Source: Myxococcota bacterium
Lineage (GTDB): Bacteria; Myxococcota_A; UBA796; SXON01
Reading direction: 5' to 3'
Assembly: GCA_040386535.1 (NCBI GenBank)
Contig: JAZKFH010000019.1
Span: 64,001 to 128,000, forward strand
Length of the DNA: 64,000 nucleotides
In this document: positions 1-12,445 of the stretch, piece by piece
How positions within the stretch are numbered: position 1 is the stretch's first letter
How the letters are laid out: every line of letters begins with the position of its first letter
The notes under the pieces: model-generated
The model's input: only the letters and a program-made list of their open reading frames with translations
Database searches by the model: none
Told to the model about the DNA's origin: nothing
Translations under genes and position numbers: made by a program

Positions 1-645
1 GGCGAGAACCCCAACCGCCTGCACCAGCACCACCAGTTCCAGGCGGTGATGAAGCCCAGCCCGCCGGACGTGCAGCACCTCTACCTGGGGAGCCTCGCCG
101 CGGTGGGCCTCAAGCTGACCGACCACGACATCCGTTTTGTCGAGGACGATTGGGAGTCGCCCACGCTCGGCGCGTGGGGCCTCGGATGGGAGGTCTGGCT
201 CGACGGGATGGAGGTGACCCAGTTCACCTACTTCCAGCAGGTCGGCGGGATGGACCTGAACCCCATCACGGTCGAGCTCACCTACGGGCTCGAGCGGCTG
301 GCGATGTACCTCCAGAAGGTCGACAACGTGTACGACCTCGAGTGGGTGTCGGGCATCTCGTACGGGGACGTGTTCCTCCGAAACGAGGTCGAGCAGTCGG
401 CGTTCAACTTCGAGCAGGCGGATGTCGAGGGGCTCCTCGTGAGCTTCGAACGCAGCCGCGCCGAGTGTGAGCGGCTGGTGGGCCTCGGGTTGCCGCTGCC
501 CGCCTACGATCACGTGTTGAACTGCTCCCACAGCTTCAACCTCCTCCAGGCGCGCGGCGCCATCAGCGTCGCCGAGCGCGCGCAGTACATCAAGCGGGTA
601 CGCGATCTCGCTTGCCTGGTCGCCCGGAGCTACGCCGGTGTCTGA
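1..645 (+). CDS. glyQ: Glycine--tRNA ligase alpha subunit (5' truncated by window edge)
   Basis: Frame is open from base 1 ([14 protein letters not shown]). Contains [35 protein letters not shown] and ELTYGLERL. Confidence 0.97.
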   Translation, partial: GENPNRLHQHHQFQAVMKPSPPDVQHLYLGSLAAVGLKLTDHDIRFVEDDWESPTLGAWGLGWEVWLDGMEVTQFTYFQQVGGMDLNPITVELTYGLERLAMYLQKVDNVYDLEWVSGISYGDVFLRNEVEQSAFNFEQADVEGLLVSFERSRAECERLVGLGLPLPAYDHVLNCSHSFNLLQARGAISVAERAQYIKRVRDLACLVARSYAGV

Positions 646-2658
646 GCTGTTCATCGAGATTGGCACCGAAGAGCTCCCCGCGCACGCGGTGGGCCCCGCG
701 CTCGAGGCCCTCGCCGCCGGGCTCGTCCGCATCCTCGGCGCCATCGAGCACGGGCGCATCCGCACGTTCGGCACGCCCCGGCGCCTCACCGTCGTCCTCG
801 ACAGCGTGGGCCCCGCCCGCCCCGCCGTGGAGCGCCTCGTGACCGGGCCGCCGGTCTCCTCCGCGTTCCCGAACGGCGAGCCGGGCCCCGTGGCCGAGGC
901 GTTCGCCAAGGCGCGCGGCGTGTCGGTGGATCAGCTCCTCCAGGTGGACGGGCCGAAGGGAAAGGTCATCGCGATCCGCCGCATCGAAGGTGGGGAGTCC
1001 ACCAGCGAGGTGATCGCCAAGGGCCTGGAGGAGGTGGTGCTCGGCATCCCCTTCAAGCGCTCCATGCGGTGGACAGAGGGGCCCGCCCGCTTCTTGCGGC
1101 CGATCCACTCCGTCTGCGCATTGCACGCGGGCCGGGTCATCGAGACCTCGGTGGCGGGAATCCTGACCGGCGGCCACTCCCACGGCCACTGGCTCTACGC
1201 GCCCGAGGCGTTTCCCGTCACGACGGCGGACGAGTGGCTCGAGGAGCTGCGGCAGCGCTACGTGCTCGCCGACATCGGCATCCGGCGCGCCATCCTCGTG
1301 CGCCAGCTCGAGACCCTCGCGGCTGAGCGCGGCGCCGACGCGACGTTCGACGCCGAGCTCGTCGAAGAGGTCGTGCAGCTCGTCGAGTGGCCGCGCGCCA
1401 TCGTCGGGCGCTTCTCCGAGAGCCTCCTGGAGCTGCCCCCGCGGCTGCTCGTGGAGTCGATGAAGAAGAACCAGCGCTACTTCCCGCTCTACCGGGACGG
1501 CGCGCTGACCCACGAGTTCCTCGTCGTAACGAACAATCCGTTCGGGGACGACGCGCTGATCGCCACGGGCAACGCCCGCGTGCTCGCCGCGCGCTTCCAC
1601 GACGCGAAGTTCTTCTACGCGGAGGACCGCAAGAAGCCCCTCGTGGAGCACGGCGCGAAGCTCGCCGGCATGATGTGGATCCGCGGGCTCGGGTCGATGG
1701 CGGAGCGCCAGACCGCGCTGGCCGAAGCCGCTGCCGGTGTGGCCGAGCTGATCGGGGCCGATCCCGCCGCCGCGCGCGAGGCAGGCCTGCTCTGCAAGAG
1801 TGATCTCACCACCCAGATGGTGGGCGAGTTCCCCGAGCTCCAGGGCCACGTGGGCCGCCTCCTCGCCGTGCTCGACGGCGCCTCGCCCGGAGTCGGGCTG
1901 GCGATCGAGGAGCACTACCTCCCGCGTTTCGCCGGGGACATCCTCCCCACGTCCGGGCCGGGGCGCGCCCTCGCGCTGGCCGAGCGCCTCACGCTGCTCG
2001 CGCGCGGCTTCGGGGCCGGCCTGCAGCCCAAGGGCAACGCCGACCCCATCGGCCTGCGCCGCGCGGCCATCGGCCTCGTCGCGCTCGTGCTCGACCTCGG
2101 CTGGCGCGGGCCCCAGGGGGAGCTCTTCGCCGCCGCCGGCGTCGCGGGGACCGACGATCTGTACGAGTTCGTGCTGGCGCGGCTGCGCGCCGCCCTCGCG
2201 GACGAAGCGCCGGTCGACATCGTCGATGCCGTGCTCGGCGCCCGCGGCAAGGACCACGTCGGCCCTGTGTCGGTCGACCTGACGTGGGCGGCCCGCCGGG
2301 TGCACGCGCTCGCCGCGCTGGTCAAGGCCGGCGAGTTCGGCCCCATCCGCATCGCCTTCCGGCGCGCGGCCGGCCTGGTCAAGGAGCACGGCTCCACCGC
2401 GTACAGCCTCGATCAACTCGGCGGGCCGCTGGGCATCGCGCTGCACGAGGCGCTCGAGGGCATGCCCGAGCACGCCGACGTGGGCTCGGCGCTCGAGGCC
2501 CTCGCGTCGCTCCGCCCGCACCTCGACCGCTACTTCGGTACCGGCGGCGTGATGGTCATGTGCGACGATCCCGTCGCGCGCGCCAGCCGCCTCGGGCTTC
2601 TCCGTTCCATCGTCGAGCGCTTCTCAGGCCTCGCCGACTTCACTCGCCTCTCGGGGGA

Positions 2659-2662
<4 letters not shown>
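638..2662 (+). CDS. glyS: Glycine--tRNA ligase beta subunit
   Basis: Motifs [49 protein letters not shown]. Overlaps the glyQ stop. Confidence 0.96.
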
Positions 2663-5316
<2,654 letters not shown>

Positions 5317-5352
5317 GGGCGCCCGCCCTCCCTCTCACGACCCGCGAGCAAC

Positions 5353-8300
5353 GTGAACCTCTCCCGCATCGCCTTCGCGCTCGTCCTCCTCGCCGGCTGC
5401 GTCAAGGACGCCCCCCTGCCCGACCTCGGCGCCTGCGCCGAGCCGCCGGCGGGGGTCTACGAGTACGGCCAGATCGGCATCGGCACCTGCCTGTCGGGTC
5501 CGAACGATCTGCTGTTCCTGGACGGTGGGCGCGTGCTGGCCGTGACCAACGCCAACCCGTGGAAGGACTTCACGGGCGGCTCGGCGTTGTTCCTCGACCT
5601 GTCCACGGTGGACTGGACGAAGGGGCGCAACGTGCTCCAGCCCGCCGAAGGGGGGGAGGGGGTCGCCGCGCGCGCGCTCGACATGCCCTCGTTCTCGGGG
5701 CCGATGGCCTACGCCCAGCCGCACGACACGCTGGTCGTCGCGAACCGCCTCTCCGAGGAGGGGCGCACCCGCAATGAGATCGACAACGTCTGGTTCGTGG
5801 ACGTGTCGGATCCCGACGCCCCCTCGTTCGCCGACCTCGGGCCGGACGGCCCGACGCTCCCCGTCGGCTACGACCCGGTGGCCGTGTACTACGCGGCGTC
5901 GACCGATCTCGCCTGGGTGATCAACCGCACCGCGCACACGCTCGGGATCATCGATCTCGGCGCCAGCCCCGCGGCGCTCGTGCCGCCCGGCGGCCCCACG
6001 CGGCTCGACCCCAGCGATTTCGTCGATACGGACGCGAGCGGGAGCCGCGCCGGCTTCGTCACGCTCGACACGGTCGAGGTGCCCGAGGGGGTCGACCCCG
6101 ACCGGATCGCCCACACGTGGAACCTCGACTGGAGCATCGGCTCCTTGCGCCTCTGGGTGCCCTCGGCGGACGGCGCGTACCGGGTCACCGGCAACGGCGA
6201 AACGCTCTGGGAGCGCAGCGCGGTGCCGGTGGATCTCGACCTCGCGGACGCTGACGGCGTGGTGCTCGCGGTGAACGACCCGCACTTCTTCCTCGAGGCG
6301 TACGACAACAGCGCGTACCTCTCCCGCGTCGTGTTCGAGGACCAGGGCGTCCTCCGCGCCGCCAACTCGCCCTTCTCGGGGGAGGTGTGGGACTGGGAGT
6401 CCTTCGCCCTGCTCGAGCCCTCCAACAGCGGGTGGGACACCGAGATCGGCGGCCCCTCGATGCTGGTCGAGGGCCCCACCTGGTACCTGTTCTACGACGG
6501 GGGATCCGGCGGCGAGCACGCCGTGGGCCTCGCGATCAGCACGGACGGCGAGACCTTCACGCGCGCGGACGCAGATCCCGTTTTCGCCGTCGACGGCGCG
6601 TCGGTGACCGACCCGTTCGTGTTGTGGGACGAGCAGGGCGCCCGCTGGCGGATGTACTACACGGTCGACAACGCCACGATCGGCGAGGCCACGAGCGAGG
6701 ATCTCGTGAACTGGACCGCCGGGGGGAGCTGGGCGCCCGAGGGCGGCGCGGTGGCTCCGGCCGTCGCCTACGTCAACGGCGCCTACCACCTCTTCTACTC
6801 GACCACCGGGGTCGACGGGGACATGCTCGCCGAGGCCGTGAGCCTCGACGGATCGACCTGGGAGGTGCTCGGCGCGCCGTTCGCGGTCGACGAGGACGCC
6901 GTGCTCACCGGCGGCGTGGCGATCCAGGCCTCCCCGGAGGACGCGTTCGTCCTCACCAACGAGGGCGGCGACACCCTCGCGCTCACGCTCACCCCCGGCG
7001 CGACCGCCTCGGTCCCGGCGGCCGGCTGGGAGGTGCGCGTAGCCGCGGGCCAGGTGGCCGATCCCGCCACGGTCGACGCGACCGGCATCGCGCTCGACAG
7101 CATCCACGCCGATCGCGCCTTCCTCACCTACACCGATGACGCGGGCCTGGCCGCCATCGGCACCGCCGAGATGCTCGGCGCGGCGGATCTCGTGCTGGAC
7201 GCGAGCCCGGTCCTCGAGGCCGGCGCCGGCGGCGATCACGACGCGGACGGCGTCTCCTCCGCGGTGGTGACCGAGATCGGCGGCGAGTGGGTGATGTACT
7301 ACGCGGGCCTCGCCGGCGAGGTCACGACGATCGGCCGCGCCACCAGCGCGGACGGACTCACGTGGACGGCGGACGCCGGCCCGCTCCTCACGGACGCCGC
7401 CGACTGGGAGTCCGTCGCGATGGAGCCCGGCAGCGTCCAGGTCCTGGACGACGGCACGATCCGGCTCTGGTACACGGCCTTCGACGGCTCGCGGTACCGC
7501 ATCGGGCTCGCCGAGTCGGTCGACGACGGCGCTACCTTCGCCCGCGTGCCCGGCACCCAGGGGTTCGACTGGATGTTCGAGGCCGGCGCCCCCGGCGACT
7601 GGTACGACAGCGGCGTGCGGCACCCCTACGTGGTGCGGGACGGCGACATCGATCGCATGTGGTTCGCGGGCACCGGCGGCACGAGCTGGCAGATCGGCTA
7701 CGCCGAACGTTCTGGGGACACCGCCGAGTGGGAGTCCGCCAGCACGCTCGAGGGCTCCGCGCGCCCGGTCCTCGCTGCCGCGCTCGGCGGCTTCGGCCTC
7801 GGGGGGGTGACCCGCCCGGTCGCCGTGCCCGACGGGAGCGGATGGAGCGTCTGGTACACCGGCCTGGACGGCGGCGGGGGCGACGGCGAGCTCGCGCAGG
7901 GGCGTGTCGGCCGCGCGGTCGGGAGCGTGCCCGATCGGCTCTACCGCGATCTTCGCATGCCGACGGACGCCGACACCTGGTCGTTCACGACCGTGCCGGC
8001 GCGCATCGGCGAGACGTTGAGCCTCGACCTCGCGGTCGACGGCGTGGCGGTCGCCGGCGGAGGCTGCTCGGCGCTCGCCGAGGACACCGATCGGGGCTTC
8101 CTCTACGTCGGCTGCAAGCTGGTCCCGTACGTTTACGTGATCGACATCCGCGACGACAGCGTGGGGGACTTCCAGGATCTCAACTACCTCGACGTCGAGA
8201 GCATCCTGCTGGTCGAGACGAGCACCGGCAGCTCCTCCGGCATGCGCTCGCTCGTGGTCGATCGGGACCGCGGCTGGTTGTGGGGCGTGGCCGACACGCC

Positions 8301-8742
8301 CGAGGCCATCTACGCGATCGATCTCGCCTTCGTCGTGGACGACGCGGACGCCGAGATCCTCCGCGAGCAGGTCGTCTCGATGCTCCCGCTCCCGCGCGCC
8401 GTCGAGCGCGACGAGGGCGTGTCGACCGAGTCCAACGTCGGCCCCGCGCAGCTCGCCTTCCACCCGGACGGCCGGCACCTGCTGGTCACCAACTTCAACG
8501 GGAACAGCGTCTCCGCCTATGACCTCGACGTCGGGGTCGCCGGTACGCTCGTCGCGCAGACGGAGGCGGTGGGAGAGAACCCCTACGCCCTCCGCATCTC
8601 GCCCGACGGCACGATCGCGGCGGTGGCGAACTACGCGGGGGAGGTGGACGGCGCGAACGTCGGCTCGACCATCGCGCTCCTCGACGCCGACCCCACGAGC
8701 CCCACCTTCCTCCAGGTCAAGACCTGGCTGGTGAACCAGTGA
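5353..8742 (+). CDS. Large lipoprotein with YVTN-like propeller segments and internal five-bladed (GH32/43/130-like) propeller repeats
   Basis: Lipobox LLAGC. Repeated blades such as WYLFYDG..VGLAISTDG, WRMYY, WVMYYAG..IGRATSADG, LWYTAFDG..IGLAES. C-terminal LAFHPDGRHLLVTNF and VGENPYALRISPDG. Confidence 0.7.
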   Translation: MNLSRIAFALVLLAGCVKDAPLPDLGACAEPPAGVYEYGQIGIGTCLSGPNDLLFLDGGRVLAVTNANPWKDFTGGSALFLDLSTVDWTKGRNVLQPAEGGEGVAARALDMPSFSGPMAYAQPHDTLVVANRLSEEGRTRNEIDNVWFVDVSDPDAPSFADLGPDGPTLPVGYDPVAVYYAASTDLAWVINRTAHTLGIIDLGASPAALVPPGGPTRLDPSDFVDTDASGSRAGFVTLDTVEVPEGVDPDRIAHTWNLDWSIGSLRLWVPSADGAYRVTGNGETLWERSAVPVDLDLADADGVVLAVNDPHFFLEAYDNSAYLSRVVFEDQGVLRAANSPFSGEVWDWESFALLEPSNSGWDTEIGGPSMLVEGPTWYLFYDGGSGGEHAVGLAISTDGETFTRADADPVFAVDGASVTDPFVLWDEQGARWRMYYTVDNATIGEATSEDLVNWTAGGSWAPEGGAVAPAVAYVNGAYHLFYSTTGVDGDMLAEAVSLDGSTWEVLGAPFAVDEDAVLTGGVAIQASPEDAFVLTNEGGDTLALTLTPGATASVPAAGWEVRVAAGQVADPATVDATGIALDSIHADRAFLTYTDDAGLAAIGTAEMLGAADLVLDASPVLEAGAGGDHDADGVSSAVVTEIGGEWVMYYAGLAGEVTTIGRATSADGLTWTADAGPLLTDAADWESVAMEPGSVQVLDDGTIRLWYTAFDGSRYRIGLAESVDDGATFARVPGTQGFDWMFEAGAPGDWYDSGVRHPYVVRDGDIDRMWFAGTGGTSWQIGYAERSGDTAEWESASTLEGSARPVLAAALGGFGLGGVTRPVAVPDGSGWSVWYTGLDGGGGDGELAQGRVGRAVGSVPDRLYRDLRMPTDADTWSFTTVPARIGETLSLDLAVDGVAVAGGGCSALAEDTDRGFLYVGCKLVPYVYVIDIRDDSVGDFQDLNYLDVESILLVETSTGSSSGMRSLVVDRDRGWLWGVADTPEAIYAIDLAFVVDDADAEILREQVVSMLPLPRAVERDEGVSTESNVGPAQLAFHPDGRHLLVTNFNGNSVSAYDLDVGVAGTLVAQTEAVGENPYALRISPDGTIAAVANYAGEVDGANVGSTIALLDADPTSPTFLQVKTWLVNQ

Positions 8743-10631
8743 CCCGTCATCTGCTCCTTCCGGCGTCCCTGCTCGCCCTCGCGGGCTGCTCCGAGGGGCT
8801 CGACCGGATCCCCACCCACTTCGACGGGCCCATCGCCGCCGCCGTGCTCCCCGCTGACGAGGGCCCGTGGGAGGTCCCCGCGGGGTTCGTGGCGAACAGC
8901 CGGAACGGCGCCATCGTGCCGCTCGATCTGAAGATGGGGCGCCTCCTCACCGACGATCCGACCGCGTCCTTCCTGCGAAGCGCCGCGATCGCCACGGGGG
9001 AGGCCCGCCTGCTCTCCGACGTGGCCGTGGTCGCCGGGGCCGACGGCTCGGTCACCCTCTGGACCATCGACTCCGCGTTCGGGCAGCTCCTGCGCGCACC
9101 CTACGTGCTCTCGGTGGACGAGGACGGCTTCCCCGTCGAGCCGGAGCCCACCGCGACAGAGCCGGTGTTCGTGGACGCCGACAGCAGCGGAGACGCGCCC
9201 ACCATCAGCGATCTGGAGCTCCGCGCCGGCTTCACGACGACCGAGGACTGGAGCATCGAGTACGACGGCAGCCACTGGTGGGCGAAGGGGAGCCGGAGCG
9301 GGCAGCAGGGCAAGGAGCCCTTCTCCGGCCAGCGGTACCGCAGCGACAACCGCGAGGTCGAGTTCGACCTGGCGGGGGACGCGACAGAGGGCGACCGCTT
9401 CGAGTTCTCCACCGCCACGGGCATCCGCGAGTTCACGTTCGACGGCGCGGTCCCCACCGCGATCCACGCGCAGGGCGGCCGGGTGTACGTGTCCGTCGCG
9501 TCCGATCCGGGCCGCGTGGTCGTCTACGACGGCGTCACCGGCGAGGTTGTCGGCACCCTGGAGCTCGGCTCCCACGCGCTCGGCCTCGGCTCCCAGCCCG
9601 CGCGGATGAGCGGCGCGCCCGACGGGCGCCTGTTCATCGCGGACGCGGCGCTCGCCCAGGTGTGGGTCGTCCGCTTCGACCTCGATCTGGATCCGGCCAC
9701 CGCCGCGATCGAGGTCATCCCCGTCGCCGCGCCCGCGATCGACGTGGCGTGGCAGGGCGGGTACGACCGCAACGACGAGCCGTTCGACAACCTGTTCGTG
9801 GCGCCGGTCGCCGCGCTGCGGGTGGACGTGTGGGATCTGACCACCGGCGCCTGGCGCGATCCGAACCCGCTCACCCAGGACGCGGCGGGCGTGATCCTCG
9901 GGGCGCCCATCACCGGGCTCGGCGCGAGCGTCGGGAACGTGTCGCTTTCCCGCGAGACCACCTTCGGCGCCCACCCCAGCGTGCCGACGGTCGCCGTCGC
10001 GACCGCGGACGGATTCGTCTACATGCTCGAAGGGTCGGACGGCTGCGGCGTGTTCGACGCGACCGGCCCGTACGGCGAGAACACGCGCACGGACGACAGC
10101 GGCGACATCAAGATCCTGCTCGCCGACCAGGGCGACACGTCCGATTCCATGCTCTGGACCGACGACTCGACCGGCTTCCAGGTGGTCGCCTCCACCTGCG
10201 GCGGCGTGGCCCGCAGCGAGACCTGGTACGTCCAGTACGACAGCGCGACCCTCTCCTGGGAGGTCGAGGGCACGCTCTCCGGCGTCCAGATGGCCCGCGC
10301 GTACGACGGCGAGCGGTACCTCTCCGACAACGGCGCCATCTCGTTCACCATCGGATCGGGGCCGCTCCCGCCCACCCAGGGCGACCGCTTCGAGTTCAAG
10401 GTCGACGACGGCCTGCGCGTGTTCCGCGGGAGCGACGAGAACGAGGACGGCGAGGTTGTCGCGTGGGAGTTCCCCGGCCGCCCGGTGGGCTTCGAGACCA
10501 TCACCGGCCCCACGGGCGGCGGCTGGGATCCGGTCGACCGGCGCCAGTTCATGCTGCTCCCGGTGGTGAATACCGACCTCGCTGCGCGCCTCCACCTCGA
10601 CGCCGGCAAGGCCGAGGTGCTCTGGGAGTAG
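8739..10631 (+). CDS. Uncharacterised lipoprotein with propeller-like segments and a duplicated beta-sandwich module
   Basis: Lipobox LAGC, GTGA overlap with the upstream gene, two internal repeats each ending GDRFEF. Confidence 0.7.
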   Translation: MTRHLLLPASLLALAGCSEGLDRIPTHFDGPIAAAVLPADEGPWEVPAGFVANSRNGAIVPLDLKMGRLLTDDPTASFLRSAAIATGEARLLSDVAVVAGADGSVTLWTIDSAFGQLLRAPYVLSVDEDGFPVEPEPTATEPVFVDADSSGDAPTISDLELRAGFTTTEDWSIEYDGSHWWAKGSRSGQQGKEPFSGQRYRSDNREVEFDLAGDATEGDRFEFSTATGIREFTFDGAVPTAIHAQGGRVYVSVASDPGRVVVYDGVTGEVVGTLELGSHALGLGSQPARMSGAPDGRLFIADAALAQVWVVRFDLDLDPATAAIEVIPVAAPAIDVAWQGGYDRNDEPFDNLFVAPVAALRVDVWDLTTGAWRDPNPLTQDAAGVILGAPITGLGASVGNVSLSRETTFGAHPSVPTVAVATADGFVYMLEGSDGCGVFDATGPYGENTRTDDSGDIKILLADQGDTSDSMLWTDDSTGFQVVASTCGGVARSETWYVQYDSATLSWEVEGTLSGVQMARAYDGERYLSDNGAISFTIGSGPLPPTQGDRFEFKVDDGLRVFRGSDENEDGEVVAWEFPGRPVGFETITGPTGGGWDPVDRRQFMLLPVVNTDLAARLHLDAGKAEVLWE

Positions 10632-10654
10632 GCGGCCGGCCCTCGACGAGGGCT

Positions 10655-12445
10655 CTACGCCACCGCCATCACCGCGGCGCGTTGCTCGCGGAGCTTCCGC
10701 GCCTCGTCCAGGCGGCCGAGCGCCTCCTCCACGACCGCGGCGTGCTCGAGCGTGCGGAGGAGCCCGCGCAGATCCTGGATGCGCACCTGCAGGCGCAGGG
10801 CCTGCCGATAGGTCGCGCGCGCCTCCTCGAGCCGGCCCGCGGCGGCCGCGATGTCGCCGAGCAGCCGCGCGCACGCGGCGTTGGCGGGGGCCTCCCCGAG
10901 CGTGGCGTAGAGGGTGCCCGCCTGGCGCGCGGCGGCGGCGGCGCCCTCGTGATCGCCGCGCCGGAGCAACAGGTCCGCGCGGCGGCGGGCGACGTTGGCG
11001 CGCAGGAGCGGCTGGTCGTTGGCGAGCACGCCGAGCGCGTGCAGCAGGCGTTCGGCGCGGCTGTACTCGCCGCGGGCGATGGCGAGCGTCGCCTCGCCGA
11101 GGCGTAAGTTGGCGCGTTCGAGCGCGGCGCCGCCTGCCCGATCGACGGTCGCGGCGACCTGCTCGTGGAGGGTCCCGGCGGTCACCCACTCGCCGGCGCC
11201 CACCGCGAGGTCCGCGGCGCCGCGGAGCGTGGCGGCGAGGCCGATCGCGTCGTCCTCCATGCGGTAGAGCTGGCGCGCCTGGCGGTAGTGGGACTCGGCC
11301 TGCGGGAGCTGGCCGCGGGCGGCAAGCCGATCCGCGACCCGGCGGTGGAGCGTGGCGGCGCGCTGGGGGTCACGGGCGCGGCGGAACAACGCGCTCGCGT
11401 CGGCGTAGCGGCCCAGGGCGTCCTCGACCTCGCCGGCGGCCAGGAGCGCGTCGCCATCGGCCCAGAGCAGGGTGGCCACATCGGCGGGGGCGCCCCCCTC
11501 GCGAAGCGGGTCCGCCACCAGCGCGCGGGCCACCTGGACCTGCCCGGCGGCGGCCGCGAGGCGCGCGGCGGCGGCGAGGCATCGGCAGGCGTCCGCGCGG
11601 TTGGGCACGAGGTGCGCGAGGCGGCGCAGGAGCAGCAGATCGCGCGGATCGGGGAGCATGGGGAGGTGCGCGCCGCGCGCGAGGGCGAGCAGGTTCTCGA
11701 CGGCGGGGAGGGCCATGGCGGCGGCGTTCGCGTCGGGCAGCGGCGTGAGGTGGGCCGCGATCCCGCGTCGCAACACCACGCGGTCGGCGTCGGGCACGGT
11801 GGCGACCGCGGGGAGCGAGCCGCCGAGCCCGCCGGAGCCGCCGACGAAGCCGACGGGGAAGGCGGCGAGCAGATCGGCGATGGCGCCGAGCCGCGCGAGG
11901 GCCTCGGCGACGGGGGCCGAGAGGGCGCCGGAGAGGCGGGCGAGGAGCGGGTTGCCGCCGAAGTCGGCGGGGTCGGCGTCGGGCGCGAACGGCGCCAGGA
12001 GCGCGTCGGGGAGGCCGCCGAGCACGAGCGCGCCGGGGAGGGGCGCTTCGGAGACGAGGACCAGGCGGGCGTCGGCCGCGGTGGCGGCGGCGCGCTGGAG
12101 CGGCTCCAGGACGGCCTCGTTGCCGATGTCGTCGGCGACCAGGTCCAACGGCCCGAACGCGCGCATGGCGTCGTAGAGCGCGCCCTCGTCCCCCACGGGG
12201 CGGATCCCGACGGCCTCGCCGAGCGCCCGCACGGCGTCGGCGGCGTCCTCGCAGCCGAGAAGGGAGACGGCGACGAGCCTGCGCCCCGGGATGGCGACGA
12301 TCGCCCCCGCGAGCGAGGTCTTGCCGATCCCGGGCGGCCCGCTGATGGTGAGGGAGCCCTCTCGCTCCAGCCGCGCGCGGCCGTCGGCGATCTCCGCCGC
12401 CCGGCCGGGGAGATCCGGGCGCAGCGGCAACCAGGCGGGGATCAC
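10655..12445 (-). CDS. P-loop (STAND/NB-ARC-like) ATPase with C-terminal TPR repeats
   Basis: Walker A GPPGIGKTS, Walker B-like LDLVADD, TPR-like helices (ALGRYADASALFRR, ARATYRQALRLQ). GTG start overlaps the rlmN stop (GTGA). Confidence 0.75.
   Translation of the reverse strand: MIPAWLPLRPDLPGRAAEIADGRARLEREGSLTISGPPGIGKTSLAGAIVAIPGRRLVAVSLLGCEDAADAVRALGEAVGIRPVGDEGALYDAMRAFGPLDLVADDIGNEAVLEPLQRAAATAADARLVLVSEAPLPGALVLGGLPDALLAPFAPDADPADFGGNPLLARLSGALSAPVAEALARLGAIADLLAAFPVGFVGGSGGLGGSLPAVATVPDADRVVLRRGIAAHLTPLPDANAAAMALPAVENLLALARGAHLPMLPDPRDLLLLRRLAHLVPNRADACRCLAAAARLAAAAGQVQVARALVADPLREGGAPADVATLLWADGDALLAAGEVEDALGRYADASALFRRARDPQRAATLHRRVADRLAARGQLPQAESHYRQARQLYRMEDDAIGLAATLRGAADLAVGAGEWVTAGTLHEQVAATVDRAGGAALERANLRLGEATLAIARGEYSRAERLLHALGVLANDQPLLRANVARRRADLLLRRGDHEGAAAAARQAGTLYATLGEAPANAACARLLGDIAAAAGRLEEARATYRQALRLQVRIQDLRGLLRTLEHAAVVEEALGRLDEARKLREQRAAVMAVA

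Noticed and set aside
2284..2658. N-terminal extensions in the ORF track (ppdK here; also ORFs starting at 13198, 21377, 27528, 34343, 36394, 37112, 46870, 50940, 58715)
   Set aside because: They overlap neighbouring genes and are low-complexity. Starts were reassigned using homology, SD sites or stop/start overlaps.
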